Shown piece by piece: positions 27,701 to 39,393 of a DNA stretch of 64,000 nt. The notes beneath the pieces are model-generated. The model had not been told where the DNA came from and did no database searches. It worked only from the letters and a program-made list of their open reading frames with translations. The position numbers were made by a program, and so were the translations under genes. The stretch comes from Catajapyx aquilonaris. Lineage: Eukaryota. How positions within the stretch are numbered: position 1 is the stretch's first letter; the number at the start of each line of letters is the position of its first letter. The stretch is taken from assembly GCA_000934665.2 (NCBI GenBank), contig KZ538171.1:1-64000 (forward strand), read 5' to 3'.

Positions 27701-30700
27701 CCCATGTTGTGGCAAGCATAAAACACAGACACCTTCTTCAGGCTGGACACCAGGGCAAAGGTCTCATCCTCATCTGGCTCCTCTTCCCCAGCAATCAGGG
27801 ACACATATTCATCCATAGACTCCTTGTACCGATTCACAACCATATCAATCAGGGAGCTGCGAGCAATGTCACACCGAGAGTAAATGGCATATTCTTCACT
27901 GCAAAGCACCTCCAGGGTCTTGGCGCATGTCTCAAGGACCTCAGTGTCGGTGTGCTTGTCCACAATGTCCTGCACTAGCTTCAAGAGAGAATCCAGATTC
28001 TTCTCTTGGCGGGATGTGGTGTATATCTCTAGATCAAAGTATTGTGGAACGGTAAGGAGGTTTGCAACCTTCTCTGGATCAGCAATGTATTTGGCAAGTA
28101 GGTTTGGAAGGGTTTGGATGAAATGCTCTGTCAGACGAGTCTTGTCATCCTGTACCTGCTTGATTTCTTTGGCTGAGAGGATTTTCCTCGTAGGTCCACG
28201 CCCTACTGGAGGTTCTCCAGTGGCTGCCTGGAATGTGCATTGCAATAAGTAAAAGGGGAAAGGGTAGAAAGAACAACATTTGATGAGAGATACTATAACA
28301 TATGCACTCATACTATTCTTTAAAATTATGCCAATGTGCGTTCTCTCAAAGTAAATTGCATTCCTCTCATAAGTACAATGCACTTACTTGTCGTATACAG
28401 CACACCATAATCTCAATCAGGCTGGTCTCTTGTCTATCATCCAGTGGTTCTTCCATGGGACCGGATTCCTCCAGAAGCAAATCAGTCATGCACTCCCAGT
28501 CTTTCATCATCTCATTGGACTCAATAAGGGAATCAACCAGGTATGCTCCATGTTCATGCAGCTCTGACTCAATGAAGAACTGCACCAGATCCCGGATCAA
28601 GGGTGTATTAGCGAGGCGTTTCTTCCCCCTCTTGGTCCTCAGCCCTGCAACAGCCTCTTCATCAGGGACAAAAAGGCGTTCATTCAAAAATTCCCCAGCA
28701 GCCTGGGCCACTGCACGATGAGACGAGTACACTAACTCATAAACATGTTCGCAATCCTTGTCTGTGAGAATATCCCGGTGGTGCTTCAAGATGCTGATCA
28801 CCAACTTGACAGCCTGCACTGCAACATCATACTCCTTGTCCAGGGTCATTGCCACAATGCGGTCCTTAAATTTGCTTGTGAACAACTCCAGTTTTCCCTT
28901 GAGCTCTTCTGATGCGTATAGTGGCTGTAGAGCCTGTAAAAGGAGCATTGATGTCATTTACATGTACACCATGTTTTATCCTATTGCAAATTACATCCAA
29001 AATCCCGTAAAACGTGAAAAACAAATTGCATTGGTATGTACCTGCAAGCACTTCAGGCGCACCTCCCCAACCTTATCATGCAAGGTCCATCCAATATACT
29101 TCAGGTAGGAATCATCAAGAAAGTTCTGATGAAACTTCTTCATCCAGACTCCTATCTCAGCCATGCAAATGGCCCTGATCTCTGGCAAGGTGTCCCTATA
29201 GCGATGGACAAATACAGACTTGAACATGTATGTGAGCATGTTCTTTATCTCATCCATGTTCTCCTCCAATTCCTGACGCTTGGCCATGAGACTTTCCAGT
29301 CGGTCACTGGCTCGCTTGTCCCTGGCCTTCTGCCGCTCTGCTTCATATTGCCTCTGTGTGTTGTCCAGGTTTACCGATACTGTCAATGCCACATCTACCA
29401 ATGCTGTCATCAACTTCATGGCAGCCAAGGTGGCAGTGTGCCGGAAGGCTCGCACCTGAGAATCTGACAGGCCTGTGAGCAGTGAGATGATATTGTCCAT
29501 CAGGTACTGGTCATAAATGATGGAATACTGGCATTGTTTCACTAAGATTTGCACAAAGTCGCAAAAGTTGGAGCGGAATTTTTTCCATTGCTGTCCACTC
29601 ATGATGAGAGGATACTCTCCAGATTCCTCATCAAACTCCTCTGTCATCTTCCGGATTATGGCAGCATGTTCCATGCTTGCCTGCATCTGTGATGTAATCT
29701 TGCCCTTGCATCCAGCAGCATTGATGAAGAACTGCATCAACGATAGGAGGGCAGTATCACGATGAACCTGGAAAGAACCAGACTCACTTAGCCAATGGTA
29801 AGCCAAGAACACAACAAATACTTCTTATGTGTAGAATTTACACTCCTTACCATGTTGCCTTTTCACACCTAAACAACATTGGCAACATTATTTATCAGTG
29901 GCATATGGTGCTGGATATGTATGTACCTTGTAGGAGTCAATCCAGTCATCCACCACCTGTTGCAGTGACATCTTTCCTTGTCGTACCACATAGTATAGGC
30001 TGGTCTCATCTTCAGAGGTCATTTCAGAGACTGGTCGTCTCCCCTGCCGACGCTTTCTGGGAGGTTCCTCTGCCATGGCTGCCATGGCTGCTGCCCTCTT
30101 CGCTCCCACCTGCCCTCCGCCCCTCCCACGCCCCCTTCCTCGCCGTGTTACTACCCCAGCAGGTGTCATCGGCTGTTCATACTGGGGCATTGGGGTTGGG
30201 ACCTGCTCATACTGAGCTGCTGCAGCTGCTACCTGCTGCTGGTGATATTGCTGTTGATCATATGATGATGATGATGCTTGTGGTTGATCATAATGCTGCT
30301 GTTGTTGCTGCTGCTGGTCAAAGGAACCTTGTCCAGCATACTGGTTGGGCTGGTCAAATTGCTGATCATATATTTCTTGTCTGAAAAGTTTTTACAAAAC
30401 ATGAATTAACATCAATTAATTTATGCAAAGGTACTTTTATGAATTCAATAGGCTCATATACGAGTAGAAGATACTAACTTCAGAAGGATTGATTTTAATG
30501 AAATTAACCATCAAGTCAAACCTGCAACCAGGCCTTTCGTAAAAAACAACTCCACCACTTTCATATAGTTTAGAAAAACGGCTCTTAAAAGTTGCCATTA
30601 TTACCATAATCGCCATAATCACAGAGGATATTATAGTGCATCTAATATCTATCTATTATGTTATTGAGGGAGTTGCAGTTATCTTGATGAGTTCATGAAC

Positions 30701-33700
30701 ATGAGCAGTACTATAGTAGGTTGCCCCCTAACCTGGCAGGGTTGGGTTTTCTGGCAACGCCCCATCGTGCCCCCCTCTGACACTACTACCACCTCCCGCT
30801 GCCGCCTACGTCACATCCCTCCGCCACCCAGACCTCTTAAGCCCTACTGTGATGACAATTAAACTTGTAAATATTGATAACGTGAATTGTTGCAACACAC
30901 ATCTTAAAGCGTCTTAAAGCAAACCTTTAATGACAATATGTACACATGTATTTCAAGCATCCGGCCTACTAGCTTCCGGCGACTGATCCAGCGGATGTTC
31001 CGGTGAATGTCACTCATCTCCACTCCACCTCAACTCCTCCATTCCCCCCCATCCCAATCCAGGCATGCCATTGGCTGGGAGTGTTGGGAGGGCGGACTGC
31101 CAAGTTAACCCGCTGGGGACTATAGAAATAGCGTGCATCCGCTCAACGCAGGAAAGCAACCCACTGGCTCATGTAATTATTTTTCGCTTTCATTTCTACA
31201 AAAGTCATACCACTGGTGAACAAAAAATATTTGCATTATCTCTCTTTCCCTTTCAATAATTTTCTCATGTACTATACATGTCTGTCTTGCGTTATCACTG
31301 TTTATCCCTTTTGTAGATGTGCTGTAATGTTATCAGGTAATTCAACAATACTAGAGTGGGAACATGGCTCTATCCTTCTCTATAGCTGTGGCCAAACAGT
31401 TTTTAATAAGATTTGCAATTTCTTGGTTGGATAGTATGCTGCTTCTTATTGAAGATTGGTGTGATTTGTGTACTGAACCCAGGAAGTTACGGGCCATCAC
31501 TTGCTGTCCCACAATTATTTTTCCATTGGGTATTACACATCCTGGTTCTTGCATGTTTCACAAATCATTCCCCCTCCATTACTAATTGAGATTCAAAATA
31601 ATTCAGGCAGCAAACAAAATACAAACATATCTATACTGACTAAAATAAAATAACACTTTCACAAATAAAACATTACACAAGCTGAAATAAAAAGTAACAA
31701 TTTAGGAACTTTGGAAGGCCCTGTAAAAATGTTAAGAACCAGTATCATACAAAACTACCCACAGATAGTGCTTTAAAAATGCTCATTACATAATCTCCCA
31801 TCCTGACCTAGCCTAGGACAAGCAGCACCAAATCAATCAATCGATCTATCTATCTATCAATCTATGTTTATTTCTCCCCAAAGAGAACTTTTGTTCTATG
31901 GCTTGGGGAGGGACTCCATCTTACAGTAAGTTCGGTAGCATTTGAAATGACCCTTACAAAATAATATCGCAATGGTTCAACAGTGTACATGCATCCTTAA
32001 AAAAATTATACAGACTGAATATATTATTTCTAGAAACCAGACAAAAGATTTGGTGAAATTGATTTGGTGGGGCATGTGGCAAATCAGACAGATGTCGCTG
32101 TCTGCAAGTGTTAAAGAACATACAGGAAAGTAGGAAATAGTGTAGGTCAGATGGTGTAAATTCATTGCAAAGAGCACAAAATTCGTCATCCTTCAGTCGA
32201 ATTGTGTAACCATTTATCCAGTATGAGTCTGAGTTATTACTTAAATTACATACTAAATGCAATGCAGGAAGAGGCAAACCGAATTGAGAATACGGTTCCA
32301 TTAAAAAATCGTTCTTAATACCTTATAATGTATATAGCGTGTCCTTGAGTTCTCCAAACGTTCAAAATCAATTCTCACTCTATCATTTATAAAAGTGGTG
32401 AAAGGTCGGCGAAATCAATTTTGTCTCTGTGGGCTATCCAGGTTTGGAAGGAAACACCGGCCAGGTTAAACATATTATCAACAAATTCAGGTCAGATTCA
32501 TGCAGGCAGGCCTCTTCTATAACAAAGTTGAGCATGCGCTTTAACAGGGTATCTGTGGGTCTGTATATTCCCTAAAAACCTTAATTGCTTTCTGTAAATA
32601 TAAACGCTTATCAGGCAGCAAGATGATGTCATCACAACCAGCACCAAATGTAATATGTCCAAAGTCCAACCAGATAATGCTCCCATTTGTTCATCAAGGT
32701 TACCCACTCCAATCGAAGATGTCTTCCCAAACTCCTGTTTGTGTGGCTGACTTTGAAAGCTTGGCCTTAGAAACGTTACCCAAGAATGCTTTGGACTATT
32801 ACAAGAGTGGAGCAGGTGAAGAGCAAACGTTAAGGGAGAACAAGGCTGCTTTCCGTCGGTTGAGAATCCTCCCTCGTGTTTTACGAGATGTGTCGCACCA
32901 CACCCCTGAGACAACAGTCTTATACAAGAAGATAAGGATGCCCATTGGAGTTGCCCCAACTGCAATGCAACGTATGGCACACCCTGATGGCGAATGTGCC
33001 AATGCAAGAGCTGCAGCAACTGCTGGCACTATTTACATATTAAGCACCATTGCAACATCCAGTATCGAGGAGGTGGCTCAGGCAGCACCACATGGACGAA
33101 ATTGGTTCCAGCTGTACATTTTCCGTGACAGGGAGGTATCCAAAGAACTTGTGCTGAGGGCGGAGAGAGCTGGATTTGAGGCCCTCGTGCTTACTGTGGA
33201 TGCACCATACTTTGGAAACAGGCTTGCTGATTTGAGGAACAAGTTTTCTTTGCCTCCACACCTTAGGTATGAGTTTTCATTAACTTATCATTATGTAAAT
33301 AACAGAGGCAGAAAATGTCCTAATTGGTCATTACCAGTGTACCCCATCTAAGATTACCTAGGAGGGTTTGTACTTCACTCAGGTTTGGCTGGTGGCAACA
33401 AAGGGCAATACGTTACTGTGAGGTAAGCTTAGATGAGATGTAAAGGGTATAGAAACTATGAATGAGTAAATAATGTGAAAGCAAATCACAGCACAAGGAA
33501 GGAGATCTGCCTGTAACTGCCTTGCTGATGACTTGTCACCTACATCTGGAGTAAATTCAACTGTAATGACAGATACTCTTCTGACTAAAATTTGCACTGA
33601 AGCATTGATATAGAAAGTAGAAAATACTGCCTATGAAAATCCTCTCTCTTGAAATCTTGTAACCCATACATAGCTTAATTCGAATCCCTATTATCTACAT

Positions 33701-34884
33701 CCAAGAATGGCCAACTTTGAGAAGGGAAGCTTGCTGTCAGAAGGTGTAAGTCAGAAGAAGGAAGGTTCAATGATCAACGAGTACATCAAGTCACTCATAG
33801 ATAGATCTTTGACCTGGAAGGATATTCATTGGCTCCGAAGCATCACGAAGATGGCCATCATAGTGAAAGGAATTCTTACACCTGAGGATGCAATACTAGC
33901 AGTAGAGAATGGAGTTGACGGCATCATTGTTTCCAACCATGGAGCCAGGCAACTAGATCGTGTGCCTGCATCAGTAAGTTTTTACCCCAAGTGGTAAGGG
34001 AAAAATTATAATCTTCTCTCAACTGTCTCCTCTATACTTGAACTACACCATATAACATATTTCTCATCTAATTTCTTCATACAGATTGAAGCATTGCCTG
34101 CAGTGGTCAAAGCAGTAGGGAAGAAATGTGAAGTATACATGGATGGCGGAATTACTCAGGGAGAAGATGTCTTTCAGGCTCTCGCACTTGGGGCCAAAAT
34201 GGTGCTCAGATATTTTTCACATCTCCTTCGGGTTTCCTAACTGGATATACATATTTCAGGTGTTTGTGGGTCGCCCAATGCTGTGGGGTCTGGCTTACAA
34301 TGGGGAAGACGGGGCAACCAAGATCCTACAAATCCTGAGACGCGAGTTAGAACTCGTCATGTCTCTTGCAGGTACAACCAAGAAGAGCAAATCTTGTCTA
34401 CAAATTGTGAAATTAAGTTAATGTAACAATTGCAACATTTTAAAATGATCTGCCTCTGCTAAACATTACCCAAATAGAGACCACACACAATTATTGGATT
34501 GAATATTAGGTTTTCTTTAGCTCATTTCATGAAAACTACTGCTACATATTTTACTGCCCTTTCAAGCACTTAGGATAGTTTTGTGTTTTGTACTAATTCC
34601 CAATAATTGTTCTCTTCAGGATGTGCCAAAATTTCTGATATCAGCAATGAGATGGTGGTCCACAAGTCCCATTTTTCAAAGTTGTAAAATTCTACAAATA
34701 AAGGACCTTACCCCTGATGAGTCATCGGAGTTGCTGGTTGCGGTGTGTAGGGATTGTATGGAGTGTAAGGTTCCTGGATGTCCTGCCCACTTCCATCCAT
34801 TGGAGTCATGGGTGTCATGGGGGCTTCATATTCAGGTGGTGGAGGCTCATCCATACGGATGCGTTTTCCACCACGACGCAACAT
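24754..34884 (-). CDS. SA1: Cohesin subunit SA/stromalin (STAG1/2 orthologue), ~1255 aa
   Basis: Exons 34884-34712, 30380-29927, 29767-29042, 28933-28388, 28227-27439, 27360-27207, 27150-27017, 26900-26363, 26217-26157, 24946-24754 (3768 nt). Motifs [57 protein letters not shown]. Probable non-coding first exon ending at the donor at 35816. The last exon is the least certain. Confidence 0.95.
31832..32320 (-). mobile_element. 3' end of a 5'-truncated non-LTR retrotransposon (LINE)
   Basis: ORF remnant 32301-31954 has a C-terminal CCHC-type motif ([19 protein letters not shown]...RQRHL) typical of LINE ORF2 ends. It is followed on the minus strand by AATAAA (31872-31867) and a (GATA/GATT)n tail. 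Confidence 0.7.
32719..34687 (+). CDS. HAO1: Peroxisomal (S)-2-hydroxy-acid (glycolate) oxidase, 370 aa, nested antisense in an SA intron
   Basis: Exons 32719-33266, 33706-33973, 34085-34201, 34260-34371, 34620-34687 (1113 nt). FMN-dependent alpha-hydroxy acid oxidase motifs [38 protein letters not shown]-terminal PTS1 SKL*. AATAAA at 34697-34702. Confidence 0.96.
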
Positions 34885-35027
34885 TGTCCTGAATAAAAGA
34901 AATGAAAATCAGAACTAATTCTATGATTCTCCATAGACAATACAAGTAGAGTTTATTCAGGCAGGAGCCACTTTCATTATATTACAGATCATGGTAAAAC
35001 CTTTGTATAACAGAATTGCCTCATGCT

Positions 35028-35428
35028 CATTGGAGTTGCCCCCAACTGAAACGCAACATATGGTACATGCAGGAGCTGCAGCAACTGATGGCACTATCTA
35101 CATATTAAGCACCATTGCAACATCCAGTATTGAGGAGGTGGCTCAGGCAGCATGTGGATAGAATTGGTTCCAGCTGTACATTTTCCGTGACAGGGAGGTA
35201 TCCAAAGAACTTATGCTGAGGGTGGAGAGAGCTGGATTTGAGGCCCTCATGCTTACTGTGGATGCACCTTACATTGGAAACATGCTTGCTGATTTGAGGA
35301 ACAAGTTTTCTTTGCCTCCACACCTTAGATATGAGTCTTCATTAACTTATTGTTATGTAAATTTTAACAGAGGCTGAACATGTCCCAATTTTGGTCATTA
35401 CTAGTGTACCCCATCTAAGCTTACCTGG
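35028..35428 (+). pseudogene. Decayed partial DNA-level duplicate of HAO1 (3' part of coding exon 1 plus ~95 bp of intron)
   Basis: Near-identical to 32943-33362 but with a 1-bp insertion, a ~20-bp deletion, a TAG in the aligned frame (GGA TAG AAT TGG) and the donor mutated GT>AT (CCTTAG ATATGAG). Confidence 0.92.
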
Positions 35429-35483
35429 GCCACATTCCAAAATTCGTTCAATTGTTTACATAGTCTCTGATTTAATAAAAGTA

Positions 35484-35676
35484 AAGGTGCGTTTACATGT
35501 GACCAATTTGATCGTACCATGTCATTGCCGAGCGGTGCATCGCTGAGTAACCCGAGTAACCAATATTGTTTGAGGTGAAAGTAACAATAGATTTCCACCT
35601 CAAACAATACTGGTTACTCTAGTTACTCAGTGATGCACCGCTCGGCGATCAAATCACTCACATGTAAACGCACCTT
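35484..35676. mobile_element. Palindromic MITE (PIF/Harbinger-like termini)
   Basis: Termini AAGGTGCGTTTACATGTGA / TCACATGTAAACGCACCTT, with long near-perfect internal arms (GCCGAGCGGTGCATC...GAGGTGAAA vs its complement). Flanked by TA(A); no coding capacity. Superfamily assignment is inferred. Confidence 0.85.
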
Positions 35677-37145
35677 TAAAAGCAGGAAAAGCGTCCCACA
35701 CCATGAGTTGGAGTATTGTCACTGGTGGTGTGGCTGTTCAGTAATCCAACTCACTCACAGCACATACAATCATCATGGGTGTTTGTTCACAGGCTGAAGG
35801 GAAACGTACCACTTACCACACTGAGTTACTTCTCTCTTGTGTGGTAGTGGCGGGGGAGGGAAAGGTGTGGGTGGCGAAAAGTCATGCATGTATGATGTAT
35901 GCCTGCATGTACTCCGGGGGAATGATCATACCTGTCCTGCCTGCAACTGTCAGAGTAACTGCACGTTTCCCTGGCTGGGAATGGTGGTTTTCAGAATGCC
36001 AGCAGCTGCAGTCGGTCCATCCGCGGTGTGCCCTAGCTCGGCTGCTGCGTCGCCAACTGTCGCACCCACCACTCCAGCTGCGGTAAACTACGGGAGACGG
36101 CGACGCCCCACTGGCTCGACAAGGAAGCCAAGCCGAAGCCGCCAAAATGGAGTTGGCTCACTCCTCGACGGACATCTGCAATTGGGGTGCCAGGTGAGTC
36201 AGTGAGTGGGACCCACCCTGACCCCTCTCCACCTTTTATGACAAAGTGGTCCTTGTCGCAACCTGTATTTATTCAAGACTTACATTCAAGTATTTTGATG
36301 GATTATAATAACTCCCTAATTATTATGTCAATGGCTCAGGTGGAGTCTTTCCACCTAGTTAGTTTCCTGGAACAGAGATGGCGCGCCATCCGTGTGTGGC
36401 GCTAAATTAGGATCACGGCCTTTTTACCTAGATTTATAACGCTAATAATAATGTATGGCAGCAAGAATACACCTCTATGCGCTTTCTTTTTTGTCATTAA
36501 TCATATTTAGATTGTCTATCAAAAATCTGTCAAATACATGCCCTGTACATTCACCTCACCTCCATATCTGCATTGCATGTCTTTACCACATTTACACAAT
36601 TATCTGAATACTTTAGCTAAATAGGTTTTTTGAAAGAGGGTCAAAATGGTTGGTGGTTTCAGTAGTGATAAAACATCTTACATCAAAAAATTCAAACTCA
36701 TCTTTTGAGCAATGTCTTTATTTGCATATTAAGCATATTGATGGCGTTTATATGCTTCACTAAAGCTACGCCTGATTTCGCTATATAATTTAGAGTTTTA
36801 GACCATTATTATGGCATAAGGTATGTCACTGAAGTAATCCGAATGAGCAAATTTGTGTTCCAATCGCCGAGGGAAATAAAATACTGCGCATGCTTGCAGG
36901 CACAGGGAAAATAACATTAGTATGGTACACATCAGTTTGTCATCAGTCTTGTGTCACGTTCTCTCCATAACATTACAAACATGTAGACAATACGCATATT
37001 TTCTCATGTTAATACTGTTTGGCAGGTTTTGAGCTGGGACTATTAAGCACATTTTTGGTGAGCAAATGGGGCGGAATACCAGACCATCGTCCATTCACGT
37101 GTGTCTCTGATTGTGAGTCTAGTCTGCTGACAGTATCAGATGGGG

Positions 37146-39393
37146 TCATCTGACTACTGCCGCCACCCCAACCCGAAACCAATCCCAGAGTTTGTTGACC
37201 GAATATTGCTTCATGCAGTAGAGTCCCTGATTGGCGTCGTTGGCCACCGAGAAAGCATACGCCACTCTGTTACCAAAGTTGTAAATTGGGTTGCTGTTGG
37301 ACGGCAGCACGTCGTTGTCGCCCATGAAGATGTCGTAGAGAGATATGGACGGTCCACTGTAGTCGTTGCCCTCGACCAAGATGTCGTCGGGCTTGATCCT
37401 CTTCCTGGTGTTTCTGTCCTTCCGGTCCACCTGCCCCAGCCTGCCAACCCCGGATATGTCCGGCACCACCCCGAAGAAGGAGATGAAGAAGGGTTTGGCC
37501 ACGTCGCAGATGGCCTCCACCATGTCTTCCCCGCTGGCCAGAGGAACCGTCGAGTTCTTCTCGGAAAAGCGGTCCGGTTTGGGCGGAGGCCTCGCAGCAT
37601 TATTTCCTGGAAGGCTTCCCAGGTAGTGCTGGAGGTAGGTCTGGACCAGGCTGAGGACCATGGTTCCGAAATTATTCTGACCCTGCTTCACCGGGGGCGG
37701 GCGCGGGGGCGGCGGTTGCGGCGGTAGGAGGTCATCCTCCTCCGACTGAGAATCCTCCGGCTCGTCTTCCACCTGGTTGGTGACCGTCTTGACCGGAGCG
37801 GCGTTGGTCAGTAGGGAGGACAACACCGGTCCGAACAGGTCCTGCACTGCCGGGTTCTTGGCCATCTCGGCCACCATGGGCAGGACCGACTGGAACACGT
37901 TGGACAACTGAGAGGCCGCGTCTCCGCTACCTCCACTCTGGGCCGCGCTCATCAGCCCCGTGTATATGTCCCAGAAGGTCACGTTCGGCCCTCGAGCGTC
38001 CATGGACCTGTAGTACCCTCTCCCAGAGTTCATCATATGAAAGAGGGAATATTCCAGGTAGCAGTAGCCCATGTTGAATTCCCTCTTCCAGCCGTTGTAC
38101 GCGTTGTTGTAGTTGGCCAACAGTTCTCCCAGGCTCACTTTGCCCAAGATGCCAACCAGGGTGGACCAGGGGAGGGCACTCTCCAGGCCGTCTGATATCT
38201 TCTCCAGGCCGCCTGAGAGGCTGCCCAGACCTATTACCTGCAGGAGGCTCTGGAGGAAGCTCACTGTAGACGCGTGTCCTTCGTGGTCTTTGAGGATGAA
38301 GCTCGCTTCAGATGGACTCAGGATGGGGCTTGGCGTGGTCGTCAATGGCAATCGGGGTATCTGGAATCAAATAGGCGGGGTTCGTGATTGCCCAAACAAC
38401 TCAATAATGCTGCTGCTGGGACAACAATGGCATGATGGCAGAATATATACTGTGCCAGCATTATTAGACAAGTAATTGTTGCGATTATTGGGAAAAATTT
38501 ATATTAGAATGACATTAGATCAGTTTTCCGTCGTACCTCTAATTATCAGTACCGCTGTCAACAACATACTAATAACCAAAGATAATAACCCATTAGAATG
38601 GAGAATCCCGACTAGAAAAATGAAGTTGCTATGGCAAAGATGTATCCGGAGGAAAAATCGAAAAACTCGCCCCCTTATTTAGAGGGGTTTTCGTCCTTAG
38701 AATAAGCTATCAACAACAGGTAACCTTGGAAACCCGTGAGAAAGCTCACGTTAGAGACTACCGACTAGCATAAAAGCATGCTGCTAGTTACGATTGATCA
38801 AAAAGTATGACAAAAAAAACACCCATTGCCTGCCATATTAACCCGCCTGAATGCATTTATAGAAAGCAAATCATTTACCAGAACGAAATGTTACATAGAC
38901 AGCAGGCTACTGACATAATCGTAAAATTCAGTAATTGTTACACCTTGGCTAATTATTATTTACTGCTGAAGTGCTGATGATGGAATTACACTATACATCT
39001 CTTTGACCGTTATTACTATACTATACACTGGCAATCGTGCCCACATGGACCGGCAATCGTTTGGCGTTAAAAATGTCAGAAATGTGTCAAATTGCCGTTT
39101 TCTTTAACAGCATTGAGCTGGCACTCCTTGAAAACAATGACACAATCTATTTCAGCAGCATATGAGCTGAGAACCGCCCCCAAAAATCCTTACAAGTCGG
39201 TGACCTCCAAGTTGTACCATTCTGCGCTCCTTCCGACTCGAAAAAAAAAACTAGTTGCACTCACCCTACTATTCCTTCCCCGTCCATGTTTGGCTTCGGC
39301 TGACCTAAGGTGGTCCGAAAGCGACAGGACAGTGGGCAGCAGCAACACCATCAGCAGCAAGAGCGAAAGTCTCGAAATATGTCGATGGCACAT
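37146..39393 (-). CDS. Uncharacterised, probably secreted protein (~447 aa)
   Basis: A GC3-rich 1215-nt open exon (38360-37146) sits behind a strong acceptor (TTGATTCCAG). An upstream phase-0 exon (39393-39265, donor GTGAGT) encodes signal-peptide-like MCHRHISRLSLLLLMVLLLPTVLS. Family not recognised; linkage of the first exon is inferred. Confidence 0.75.
38625..38733. promoter_or_regulatory. Pair of RFX X-box-like motifs
   Basis: GTTGCTATGGCAAA (38625-38638) and GTAACCTTGGAAAC (38720-38733) resemble the GTNRCC-N0-3-RGYAAC consensus, with mismatches. Confidence 0.35.

Noticed and set aside
35775..36205. Overlapping GC-rich ORFs on both strands
   Set aside because: Best explained as the SA promoter and non-coding first exon; no protein similarity recognised.
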